Part shown: one piece after another, positions 52,644-64,000 of the stretch | Numbering within the stretch: the first letter of the stretch is position 1 | Layout: the number at the start of each line of letters is the position of its first letter | Origin: Octopus vulgaris | Lineage: Eukaryota | DNA: 64,000 nucleotides | Assembly: GCA_951406725.2 (NCBI GenBank) | Contig: OX597815.1 | Span: 53,878,001-53,942,000, forward strand | Direction of reading: 5' to 3' | The notes under the pieces: model-generated | Database searches by the model: none | What the model saw: only the letters and a program-made list of their open reading frames with translations | Told to the model about the DNA's origin: nothing | Made by a program: the position numbers and the translations under genes

Positions 52644-53042
52644 CAATGATAAATCTCAGAGCGAGTTATAAACAGTAGCGGCAACACATCGTGACGTATA
52701 TTTGCCATTTGAATATGGCTAACCCCTAAGGGTGGATGCTACTGTAGTTTGTAGCCCCAGGAAGACACCTCCTCCAGCTGGCTATAGACACACTCTCTGT
52801 GCCCTATCAGTATCTGTGAAGGGAAGTCATCCTTCCCGTCTTCAACTTATGATACACACGGACTCGAGTTTCAAGGTATTGACCTATCATCGGCGTGTGA
52901 CAATCACAGTTGTCGACGAGAAGTCAGTTCCCCTCACAAGTAGCGGCAGACAGCTGGAGGAGGTGTCTTCCTGGGGCTACAAACTACAGTAGCATCCACC
53001 CTTAGGGGTTAGCCATATTCAAATGGCAAATATACGTCACGA
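52641..53042. mobile_element. Head-to-head HHR element with perfect ~92-bp inverted arms (52689-52780 / 52951-53042) in (TA)n
   Basis: TCGTGACGTATATTTGCC...CCTCCAGCTG mirrored. TA tracts on both sides. Confidence 0.82.
52855..52899 (-). ncRNA. Type I hammerhead ribozyme (U4C variant)
   Basis: CACACG-CCGATGA-TAGGT-CAAT-ACCTT-GAAAC-TCGA-GTC|CGTGTG. 6-bp stem I, GUC cleavage triplet. Confidence 0.8.
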
Positions 53043-53244
53043 TATATATATATATATATATATACCCAGTTTCCAATAGTTTCAAATAAAATGAAAGACA
53101 TGTTATACTCTGATTTGTTATTTGCATGCCTTGAGAAACAACAAATTTTCTTTGTAATAGTATATTATCCAGTTTTGTTATCTATATTTTTCATATTTTC
53201 TCATGAATTTACTTGCAATTTGTTTGCGACAATAAATATTTGGA

Positions 53245-54241
53245 ACTAGCAGTATCGCCCGGCGTTGCTCGGGTTTGTAAGGGAAATAACTATATAAGCA
53301 TTTTTAGTGAGTTATAGCAAAAAAATAGCAAAAAATGCATTAAAAATGGAATTAAAAATGATGGTAATTTTTTTTTTCAATTGTTGACTCATCGTAGACA
53401 TTTTTAGAGAGTTACGTCCCTTATATAATAGCGAAAAATGCATTAAAATGGAATAATAAATGATGGTAATTTTTTTTATCGTAGACTCATCGTAGACATT
53501 TTTAGAGAGTTACTTCCCTTATATAATAGCGAAAAATGCATTAAAATGGAATAAAAAATGATGGTAATTTTTTTTTAAATCATAGACTCATCGTAGACGC
53601 GCGCTAATACCCAGAAGGGCTCGATATGAATCACGACTATAAGATACCCGGTTTTGGTTACACTGCACCGCAAAATGTGGGAGTAGTTAGGAATCTAAAT
53701 CGTAGGAGACAGACACACAACCTTACTTTTATATATAAAGATTTGTGCAACAACTAAAACATTCGGTTGTGCAAATTGTTTGCACAGGAAACCTGCCCTG
53801 TGTGGCGGTAATTGCCGTTTTTGTGCTTTTTTAGCGATTTCTGTTTTGGCGACTTCAAGCCATGAAGTCGTTGTTCTAAAAGAACGCTGGTCTCCTTGAC
53901 AACGCATTACGACGTTGATTTCCTTACACTCCCTTCCCCACAGCTTCACGAGGGAGGGGAAGGGGGAGAAGCAACACAGGTGCAGATGTGAGCATGGACG
54001 CCAACTCCGCCGCCATCGACACACGAAAAAATATGCATTAAAAGGGAATAAAAAATGTTAAATTATTTTAAAAATCGTAGACTCATCGTAGACGCGCGCT
54101 AATACCCAGACGGGCTCGATATGAATCACGACTATAAGATACCCGAATTTGGTTAAACTGCACCGTAAAATGTGGGAGTAGTTAGGAATCTAAATCGAAG
54201 GGGACAGACACTCACACAACTACAGTTTTATATATATAGAT
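53245..54241 (+). mobile_element. Non-autonomous Helentron/DINE-1-like element with internal ~96-bp tandem repeats and a duplicated 3' module
   Basis: Begins ACTAG..CGCCCGGCGTTGCTCGGG hairpin and ends TTTTATATATATAGAT. Units GACTCATCGTAGAC..AAAAATGCATTAAAATGGAAT. ~190-bp block at 53555-53742 repeated at 54050-54241. Confidence 0.75.
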
Positions 54242-55096
54242 ATATCCGCAGCGTTCCTAGATATCAAGGCCACATCTGCTAGAAACAATATTGGCGTATC
54301 TTGCTGCCATTTTAGAACACGCAATTCTAAAATGGATAGTTAAGAAAATAATATCGTATTTCGAATTGTTGATCGTTAGGTATCAATTATAAGTACATTT
54401 GGTGTGTTTCGTATTCATTTGTATAACTCTGCGTGTTGCCAATGTGTTTACTTTAGCATTGTTCTGCCCTATGAGTAATACTTACGTTTTGTGAGTCTAT
54501 GAAATTCTGTACTCACACATTAGCACACACACACACACAGATACACACATACAAATATGTATGTTTGTGTTGTTTATCAATGTTTTATTTTGTCTTAATT
54601 TACATTGTAAAATCTGCAATATGTAAGTGCATGTTAAGACATCATCTGCCGTAATCGCAAGGCCAATATGATATTGTACAATGGGACTAGCTAATACAAT
54701 ATATATCTGTGGTGAGGTGTATGAATGTGTGTGTGTGTGAGATAGAGAGAGAGAGAGATAGAGAGAGAGAGAGATAGAGAGAGAGAGAGATAGAGAGAGA
54801 GAAAGAGTGAGTGGCCCCTCGTATGTATTTGTATGTCTATTATTATTTCTAATTTTACAGATAAATCTCTAAAATTTTAACTGGCCATACATGTACGAGA
54901 CTTTTCCTCTCTCAACATTTACTTGCAATGAAATGTGTCACAGACAGACGGACAGACAGAGAGAGATAAGATTATGCTTATTTGATATTGCATTTCCGTT
55001 CTATTGTAAGCGTATTTACATATTCGGAAATATATTAGAAAATTTGCAATGTGTATCCATCCGTCCATCCGTTCGTAGGTACGTCGGCGTTTGCTT

Positions 55097-55151
<55 letters not shown>

Positions 55152-56048
55152 TACCCTGATATATTTCTTCCCACACAGTCGTAGTAAATCTGAGTTTTAA
55201 CATCGCATCATAGGATCAAGGTTATACGATCAATCTATACCCGCAGAGGAGGATATATGCGATGACAGAAAACAAAAAGAATCAATAATAGCGATACCAA
55301 ATATCATACATTCAATTCAACAGAGATTTATCGCGAATGATATAACCATAGGAGTGAGTTCAGAAGAAAGAACACATATTATAAACAGTGATGATAAAAT
55401 CTGCATTCTTAGTATTTATAGGTATAGAATAACTCATTGATACATACACACAAGAGCATACATATATGGAAACAGACACACACACACATATGTACAAGTT
55501 CGCCCACTCAATCATATGTGCAAACATATATACTGTCATAGAGCCTTATATATAAAAACTACATATATGTATGCCGTCACACGCTCATATACATATGCTA
55601 TACATGTATATATGCACGCACACATAGAAATGCTTGTATATTCATACTCAGACATACACATATTTGTAGATATGTGTAACTGAAATTACATTGCAATATG
55701 AATCTATGGGAAACGGGTTTGAATATGAACGATTATAGAAGATGCTACACAAAAGCAAAGATGTAAGGGAAAAGAAGAGAAGAATTTCTGGAAGCAACAC
55801 TGAAACTAAATTGCTAGCTAGATATTTCTTACATCGAAATTAATTTGGAGGGCGTATCTAATCACCAATTTGCACTGATATGGTATTCTGTTATATATCT
55901 ATATCACTTGAACACTACCTACCAACAGTTTCTCCACACACGCATTTACAGACAAATATATATACATATGAAGGTCATATTAATGGAATTAATAATTATG
56001 AAGAACTGATGTGTATATAGAAATTATATACATACATACACGCATGCG

Positions 56049-56083
<35 letters not shown>

Positions 56084-56213
56084 ATATATAAATATATACA
56101 CGCACAAATATCTATATTTAATATAAAACGCAGATATATACATATATATATATACACACATATATATACACACATAAATATGCACACGCACACACACACA
56201 TATAATATAATGT

Positions 56214-56348
<135 letters not shown>

Positions 56349-56579
56349 GACCTTCCTGAAGTGTATTTTATTTTGATATTTTATTCGTAATACATATTTT
56401 ATTTAAACGTTCCTTTTACTTGTATCGTTTTTTGTTCAATGAATTTGTTGTATCTAGCTATTAAATCATGATCTAATCTCTATTTAGATGTCATATGCAT
56501 TTAAGATATCTCCATTTCAAAATCCGGAAACTTTCGTGTAATCACGGGAGTGAGTGACAGCCATCTAATTTTCGCTTCC

Positions 56580-56687
56580 CTCATTATTATTGCTATTATT
56601 ATTGTTGTTGTTGTTGTTGTTGTTATTGTTGTTATTATTAGTGTTGTTGTTGTTGAAGTTATTATTATCATTATTATTATTAGTGTT

Positions 56688-56752
<65 letters not shown>
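56580..56752. repeat. Compound (GTT)n/(ATT)n microsatellite
   Basis: Direct reading. Confidence 0.95.
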
Positions 56753-56753
<1 letters not shown>

Positions 56754-57321
56754 TTGTTTTTGTCCTCCAAATTGAAATATTTAATGCTATTATACTTCGT
56801 ATCAAAATGCATACTTGTATTAAATTATCGATGTCGAAATATTGTGGATGTTTCTTCACGCTAAATAAGTTGTGAACATATGGTTGCTGTCTCATAAATC
56901 ACGATGTCTACAAATTGCAATATCGAATCGAGTGATAAATAAAAATAGGCATAAAACTTAAGATAGGGAAAATGAATAAAAATGTTTGAAACCAGAGTGC
57001 TTTGAAGTTTGGTAAAATCGGAGATGCAATATGCTTCAGAGTGAAATAATTTTCAACATCAATATCACCGAAATTCTCTACATTATACATATGATTACCA
57101 AAGAGAGTAGTAAAAAAATTAGGCGTTCGTATGTTGATCATAGGGAATACAGTACTTAACATAAGAATATTGGTAGTAACTTCTGGAAAGCACAGAAACA
57201 GATACACGCGCGCGCATGCTTGCATGCATGTATACATACATACATACATACATACATACATACATACATACATACATACATACATACATACATACATACA
57301 TACATACGTACGTACATACAC

Positions 57322-58668
57322 AGCATCATAAAGGTTAGAAGGCAGCTCCTTGAGCAACACACTTTGTCTGATAACCTAGAATACATACCCAAAGGAGTCG
57401 CACGGCTCTACCACAACGTATCATCAGATGAAAGGATGAGCCTGTATGAGCAGAAGACTATGCATGGATATGTTAGTAGAAGCTCCGCGATGATAGTAAC
57501 ATCGATCATCAAAGCAGTTTATCATGGAAAAATAGCCAGATTACTACCTTCCACTTTGAAGGGTATATGTTTGCAATCCAGGAACAGGAGATATCAACCA
57601 AGTAGCTGATGCACAAAAGGGATAGAGATGCAGGTAAAGCCGTAACGTATGACAACCGATGCATAGTTTGTGGAGTTCACACTGAAGATATCACCTACAT
57701 CATAAGCAGTTATCCAAAAATGTCATCACGGTATAATCTACCGATGAGACATGACGTTGTAGCTAGGATACTCTATAATGAAGTCTGTCGGAAGGATAAT
57801 ACCGTGGACAAATAAATATAAATACACAATATGGTAGAACCCATAGCCACTCACAAGAAAAAGGAATACTGGTGGAATGTACCAGTGAAAACCTCAATAA
57901 AATGTAGGCACAACAGACCTGATATAATGATTTGGGATAGAGAAAAGAAACTATGCACAATTGTTGAAATTAGCTGCCCAGCGGATGCTAAGTAAAACAG
58001 AATACTGTGGAATATACCAGTGAAGACCTCAATAAAATGTTAGCACAACAGACCTGATATAATGATTTGGGATAGAGAACAGAAACTATGCACAATTGTG
58101 GAAATTAGCAGCCCAGCGGATGTTAACATAAAGTTGAAGATCAGTGAAAATTAGAACACCAATGCTGAACTATTGAGAAATCTGCAGTTACTCAACTTCA
58201 GGTTTATAACTGTAATTATTGGGTCCTAGAATATTTAACACACTGCCTAAATACCAATCTTGAGAAATTAGACTTCTCAAAACCAGAAAGGAGAAAGCTA
58301 ATTCGAAGACTACAAATCCAATCCATCACTAGTACTTTAAAAATCTGTAAAACTTTCCAGGAGTTTATCATTTAAATGTATATGATCATGTCTAAATATG
58401 TAACTATATACAGTGGAATATATACATAAAACATACAAATCAGCACATACATACAAATATACATACATACATACACATACACACACACACATTCATACAT
58501 ACATACATACATACATACATACATACATACATACATACATACATACATACATACAAACAAAAATACCCTGTTGTTTATGTTGAAATTTTAATGAAGAAAC
58601 CTTGAATCTAGGTTAGAAACCAGTTCCCTCTCTAGTGGCAAGAAAATTTGAAATAAACTGAATAATGA
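57322..58668 (+). mobile_element. Decayed R4/Dong-clade LINE 3' half in (TACA)n
   Basis: KTMHG..FAIQEQEI..RCIVCG..EDITYII..RHDVVA..WWNVPVKT..HNRPDIMIWD..EISCP (CCHC plus RLE motifs). (TACA)n upstream, internal and at the 3' end. Confidence 0.85.
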
Positions 58669-58754
58669 CATCCATACATACATATGTAATACGTATGCAT
58701 GATTGTATTAGAAAATATGTAATGTACCTCCATCCATCCGTCTGTCCGTTTGTC

Positions 58755-58968
58755 CATCTACCTTCCTACCTACCTACCTACCTACCTACCTACCTACCTA
58801 CCTATCTATCTACCTACCTACCTACCTATCAACCTACCTGCCTACCTAACTACCTACCTACGTATCTACCTACCTACCTACATGCCTGCCTGCCTACCTG
58901 TCTGCCTGCCTACCTACCTACCTATCTACCTACCTACATTCCTATCTATCTATCTATCTATCTATCTA
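58755..58968. repeat. (CTAC)n/(CTAT)n compound microsatellite
   Basis: Direct reading. Confidence 0.95.
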
Positions 58969-59672
58969 TTATTATTCAGTTTCATTTCAAGATTTCTTGC
59001 CAGTAGAAAATGAGCCAGTTTCTAAATTAGATCCAAGGCGGCATCATTGGAATTCCAACAACATCAACAGAGTATTTTTGTTTGTTTGTATGTATGTATG
59101 TATGTATGTATGTATGTATGTATGTATGTATGTATGTATGTATGTATTTATGTATGTATGTATGTGTGTATATGTGCAGATTTGTATGTTTTATTTAACG
59201 TATGTATTCTCATGCATGTAGTTTCATATCTAGACATGCTCACATATACTTTAATGATAAACTTCTGAAAAGTTTTAACAGATTTTTACAGTTCTAGTGA
59301 TGTTTAGTCTCCGAATCAGCTTTCTCGCTTCTGGTTTTGAGAAGCCCAATTTCACAAGATTGATTTTGAAGCAGTATGTTATGTATCCCTGTGATCCAAT
59401 AAACATAGATTTAAATCTGAACTTGTAATCTGGATAGAGTAACCATTTTATTGAATGCAGAGAGTTCCGAGGACCAAATTTTCTGTATTCGTTTGTAATA
59501 TTCTTTAGTGACACGTGTTTTGTTACAGGTACCATTGTAAGATATGTTTTCATCCACCCCAAGATATTTGTAACATTTCTCATCAAATAAACGGGAAACA
59601 GTCAAGTCATTGATGGAGATGTTGCTAGTATGGTTTAGAGTTTTCCCTCATTTCACGACTATATAGCAACAT
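58968..59672 (-). mobile_element. Second copy of the (TACA)n R4-clade LINE, internally deleted
   Basis: The 3' end is the reverse complement of 58190-58665. It is joined directly to RT-domain remnant CYKYLGVDEN..KEYYKRIQKIWSSELSAFNK. Confidence 0.8.
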
Positions 59673-59794
59673 TTATTTTGTATGTATGTATGTATGTATG
59701 TATGTATGTATGTATGTATGTATGTATGTATGTATGTATGTACGTACGTACGTATGTATGTATGTATGTATGTATGTATGTATGTATGTATGTA

Positions 59795-59861
<67 letters not shown>

Positions 59862-59879
59862 ATGTTCTCTTCTGCTTTT

Positions 59880-60850
59880 AGTTATTCTGATAAAGTTACA
59901 CAGCGCCATCTTTAGATTGTAGATAATCTCAGACCATTTGCATGGGGCAATAAAGGATAACAAACGATCCTATCTCAAAACAAACATTGTTCGAGATCGA
60001 AAATGCACTCAAACACTCGAATGAAAAGGAGAGGGCAGTAAAAGAAGCCAGGGCTGTCAAAAATAGATACGCAAAAGAGTCTGCTTCACTACGGTACAAG
60101 ATAGGGCCATAGTTCGAAGAAAATGGCTCGCCAACTGTAGACCCCAAGACGATCTGTGAAAAACTGAATGTGCAATACAAGAGCGCTTTCACCCCTCCAT
60201 TGGGACACATGCAAGTACCTATGCCTGATGAATTCTTCGGCACTACAACTCTACAGCAAAAAATGGCAATTATTGATTGCATCAAAATAGAGGAAACAGA
60301 TGTAATACCAGTCATTGATGAAATGAGTTCAAACTCGGCCACAGGCCCTGATAGATTCTCAGAATACCTCACAAAGAAATACAAATTTGCAACACCACTT
60401 CAGATTCTCCTTCAGAGGTTCCTAGCGACTGAGACTTCCCAAAAGTTACAGGAAAGCATAAGGAAGGTAGCAGAGCAGATGCTAAAAATTATAGACCTGT
60501 CTCTAATCTACTATGTCAGGAAAGACATGGAACGCATTGTTAGGAAGCAACTGATAATGAATTGCTCTATATCACCCAGCATGACTTCCGTTCAGGAGGA
60601 AGCTGCCATATACAACTTTTGCTGCATTATGAGTAGTTGTTAAAACACTTACTGAATCGCTGAAACCTAGATGTAATATATCTCGATTTTGCAAAGGCGT
60701 TTGATAAGGTTTATCAGGGATGATATGTCACAAGCTTTAGAGACTCAACGTAGCTGTGAATCTTAGAGAGTGCTTGCATGGCTTCTTAAAATTCAGAAGC
60801 TAGACTATCGCAGCCAAAGGAGTTTTCTCCAAGGAGACAAAAATAGAGTG
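59880..60850 (+). mobile_element. CR1-group LINE ORF2 remnant (linker plus RT N-half)
   Basis: SATGPD, KNYRPVSL, QHDFRSG.SC, LDVIYLDFAKAFDKV motifs with stops and frameshifts. Confidence 0.88.
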
Positions 60851-60854
60851 AAGA

Positions 60855-61173
60855 GCTTTTGTTAATTCACTCTCTGAGAGTAACTGTGAGATATTCAATG
60901 TCTGTGTGCACTGATCTCAAGCCTCTACCGTCTTCATTTCTTCTCAGGTACGGTCTAATCTTGTGGCGATTTCCAGTTGATGTTAGAATCTTGCACGTTT
61001 TAATGTCTGTGGAGTGGATTAATTCTACACACCAATCAAGTATCTCAATTGCTGAAATAAGAACTGGTACTGCAAATGCATCTTGCTGTAAGAGAAGACT
61101 TTCGACTGCCATATATTTTGTAAGTCTGGCATGATATTCTCGGATTACTGTGTACCTTTGTATAATACGTGTT
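60855..61173 (-). mobile_element. R4-clade LINE RT C-terminal fragment
   Basis: AFAVPVL..ILDW..DIKTCKILT..PYLRRNEDGRGL resembles the R4/Dong LY.PR..GGRGL region. Confidence 0.7.
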
Positions 61174-61364
61174 TGTTGTGGGGATTATAGTAATAATGGT
61201 ACACCCCTCCCACGTGACGAGTGGTGCATGCTAGTCGCTATAAATAAGGTGACATCGGTCTGTGTAAAGACGTAGTAAACGGTCATAGATAGTCGTGGTC
61301 TTACGTGTCTAATACTGCTATACCAGAATGGGCGTTACAACAATCCGACATAAAGATTACAACA
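61174..61364 (+). mobile_element. 5' LTR of Gypsy element
   Basis: TGTTGTG...TACAACA termini, TATAAATAA box at ~61239, immediately followed by PBS-like GTGTCGACGAGG (cf. TGGCGACGAGG). Confidence 0.75.
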
Positions 61365-61435
61365 GTGTCGACGAGGAATTAACAAACTCACAAGTTTATT
61401 TATGATAAATTTTACGGGAAAAAAATCGTAAAATT

Positions 61436-64000
61436 ATGGAAGATTTGTTGGCCGGTTTGCTCGAATTACAAAAACTGCAACAACAATAACTAAAAGAACA
61501 ACAGCGGCAGCTGCACTGCAAGAGCAACAGCAGAATCAACAACAACAACAATTGTTATTACAAGTAATAAATGCTGAATTAATGAATAGTAAGTCGTCAG
61601 TAAATGCTGAAAAAATATTCTCGCCAGATTATGTTGATAACAGAGTTTAAGTACGAACCAAAAGAAAGAGTTACCTTGCAGGCTTACTATAGAAGATACG
61701 AACAAATCTTCGATAAAGAGTGCAAAGATTGGGATGACGATATGAAAACGCGTTTAATCTCAAGAAAACTGGCAGCATGAGCGTCACAGCAATTAGGTAC
61801 TACCGAAAAAGCCATTTAATATAAACTTTAATGATACATTAAACATATTGCATACATTTTTAGTGAGAAAATCTCGATGTTCAATACACGTTGGCAATGT
61901 TTGAACGAAATAACGCCAGATATGTTCAAGTGCCTGATATTTATTCAGGAGCTAACTGCAGAGAAAGGCACGGAAGAACAAGATTTCTCGCTAAGCTGGA
62001 ACAAAACCAATCGGTAGCCTTACAAAAGTATCAGAAGAATGTGAAAGAATAGTAAATTTAAGACTCGACACAAAGAAAATTGAACATAAAGATTGCTCCC
62101 AAGAGAAACAAGTACGAAATAGGCAGAATAAGAATCAAGTGTGTACTAAAATACATCACAAACAGGACAAGAATCAGGAAACAAGTTCATGTTTTGCATG
62201 TGGAGGTCTACACCTGAGGAAAAACTCTACATTTAAGAAAGCGGAATGATTCCGTTGTAGTAAAATTGGACACGTAAAAACGAACTGTAAAACCAAGAAT
62301 ACAAAAAGGTGGAACAAAGGAAAAACGAATGAACAAGATAAGATCGAAATAAAATGGTAATATAGCAAAGAGGAAATTTGTAAATCTGAAAATTAAAAAT
62401 AGAAGATTAAAAATGCAATTAGATACTAGAAGTGACATTACCTTTGTAAATGAAAACACTTGGAAATATATCGTTAAGCCGAAATTAATTAAATCTACAA
62501 AAGTCGCACATGGCGTTACGTGCAAAAGATTGTATTTTGTCAGCGAATTTGTGTGTAATGTAACATTTTTTGATCAAATGAAAACGGAAAAAATATATGA
62601 GCTAAAAAATTCACTTAATCTATTCGACACAGAGTGGATGTAACTATCCAAATTGTGGATGCGCCTATAAGTGTTTTGTGTGGGAATATATATTCGGTCA
62701 AGTTGAAGGGTTTTAGAAGGCATTTTAACATCGGACTTATCGTTAGCACATTTGATCCAAAGTTGATTATTATATTGGATACAGATACAAGTGATTACGG
62801 TGTAAGAGCTGATTCTGCACAAATATGACGATTGTAGTAAAAAGGCTATAGCCCATGCGTCACGATCGTTATTACCAGCTATAGTAAGAAAAGGAATTGT
62901 TAGCAATCATATTCGGTGTGAAAAATTCCATAGATTTATTCATGGAAGAATTTTCTGTCTACAAACGGATCATCATCCACTACTGTTAATATACGGTTCT
63001 AAAACAGAATACCAGCACACACGTCAAATAGACTACAGCGATGAGGCACTACATTATTGAATTACGACCACAAAATGGAATATTTACCGTCAAAAAATTA
63101 GGGCATGCGGAAGGGTTGTCCATACTGATACCGAAAACTGTGAACCAGTTGAAGATACAGTAATCGTAGCTTTAAGATCAAAAAGAGAAATAAAAACGCA
63201 ATGTAGAATGTGATACGCGAATTACCAATAACTCTAGAAGACATAAAACGGAATGTGGTAAAGGACAAATTCATAACTGAAGGGGAAAGAATACTATTGT
63301 CAAGAAAAGTAAGTAGGAATAGGATTGGTGCGAAATGAAACCAAGACGTGAACCTATACACAATTTGTCATGGCGCGCTGATGTATGGATAGAGAGTAGT
63401 GAAACAGTACAAAAGAAAACGTTGAGGGAATTTCATGTTGGACATCCTGGTATAAAAGCTTAAATGCATAACTACGTGTACTAGCCAAAAATGGATTGGG
63501 AAATTGAAAATTTACTGAAAGGCTGTAGAGGATGTGCTCTAACAGCAGAATTACTCACGATAAAATGTAAACATTGGCCAAAAGTAGATGTTCCGTGGAC
63601 GAGACTACACATCGATTTCCCTGGTCCCTTTAGACGGTTCATACTACTTAACGGTAGATGAGAGTTTTTCCAGATGGCCAAAAATTTGTAAGTGGTAAAA
63701 AACCAGCCTCCTCAACTGTGACACATTTTTTTAAATGAGCTGTTTGCGAGATTTGGCATCCTAGTGTCTGCCAATGAAATGCAATTTGTGTCTTTTGAAT
63801 TTAAAAATCTGTATAAAATGTTTGCAGTAGAACATATAACTACGGCGCCATTTCATCCCAGATCTAACAGACAAGCAGTACGATTTGTCGATACGTTCAA
63901 AATAGCCCTTAGAAAGTTGAATAAGGAAGTCATGGGTGAGATAGCTATATAACAATTTTTAAGAGTATACCGTGTGACACCAAATCCAAATACACCAGCG
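61436..64000 (+). pseudogene. Decayed Gypsy (Mag/K02A2.6-like) gag-pol lacking RT; runs off the window
   Basis: Gag MEDLLAGLLELQK, two zinc-knuckle remnants (~62188-62288), protease MQLDTRSDIT, RNase H DTDTSDYGV..IAHASRSL..LQTDHHPLL, integrase HVGHPG..CRGC, PWTRLHIDFPGP, TAPFHPRSN..RFVDTFK. Many stops. Confidence 0.9.

Overview
AT-rich, microsatellite-dense eukaryotic DNA. The SINE families and repeat landscape look like an octopus/coleoid cephalopod genome (inference). One host gene is supportable: two phase-compatible coding exons of an ABHD8-like alpha/beta hydrolase on the minus strand (8238-7896 and 3585-3252), whose remaining exons were not found in the window. The rest is intronic/intergenic DNA packed with tRNA-derived SINEs, decayed DNA transposons (Tc1, mariner/maT, Chapaev3-like, Helentron-type non-autonomous elements), LINE remnants (R4/Dong, CR1-like, Tx1), a Penelope GIY-YIG remnant and an RT-deleted Gypsy element. 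The standout signal is RNA-level. About a dozen hammerhead-ribozyme (HHR) motifs sit in Penelope-like/retrozyme-like elements whose 3' ends mostly abut (TA)n tracts. They include a 563-bp tandem-plus-inverted retrozyme-like array, type I HHRs with family-specific palindromic stem III loops, and two sequence-divergent repeats (48380-48525 and 44889-45010) whose HHR strands occur in the same scrambled, non-circularly permuted order with compensatory base changes. All structures were read by eye; none was tested computationally or experimentally.
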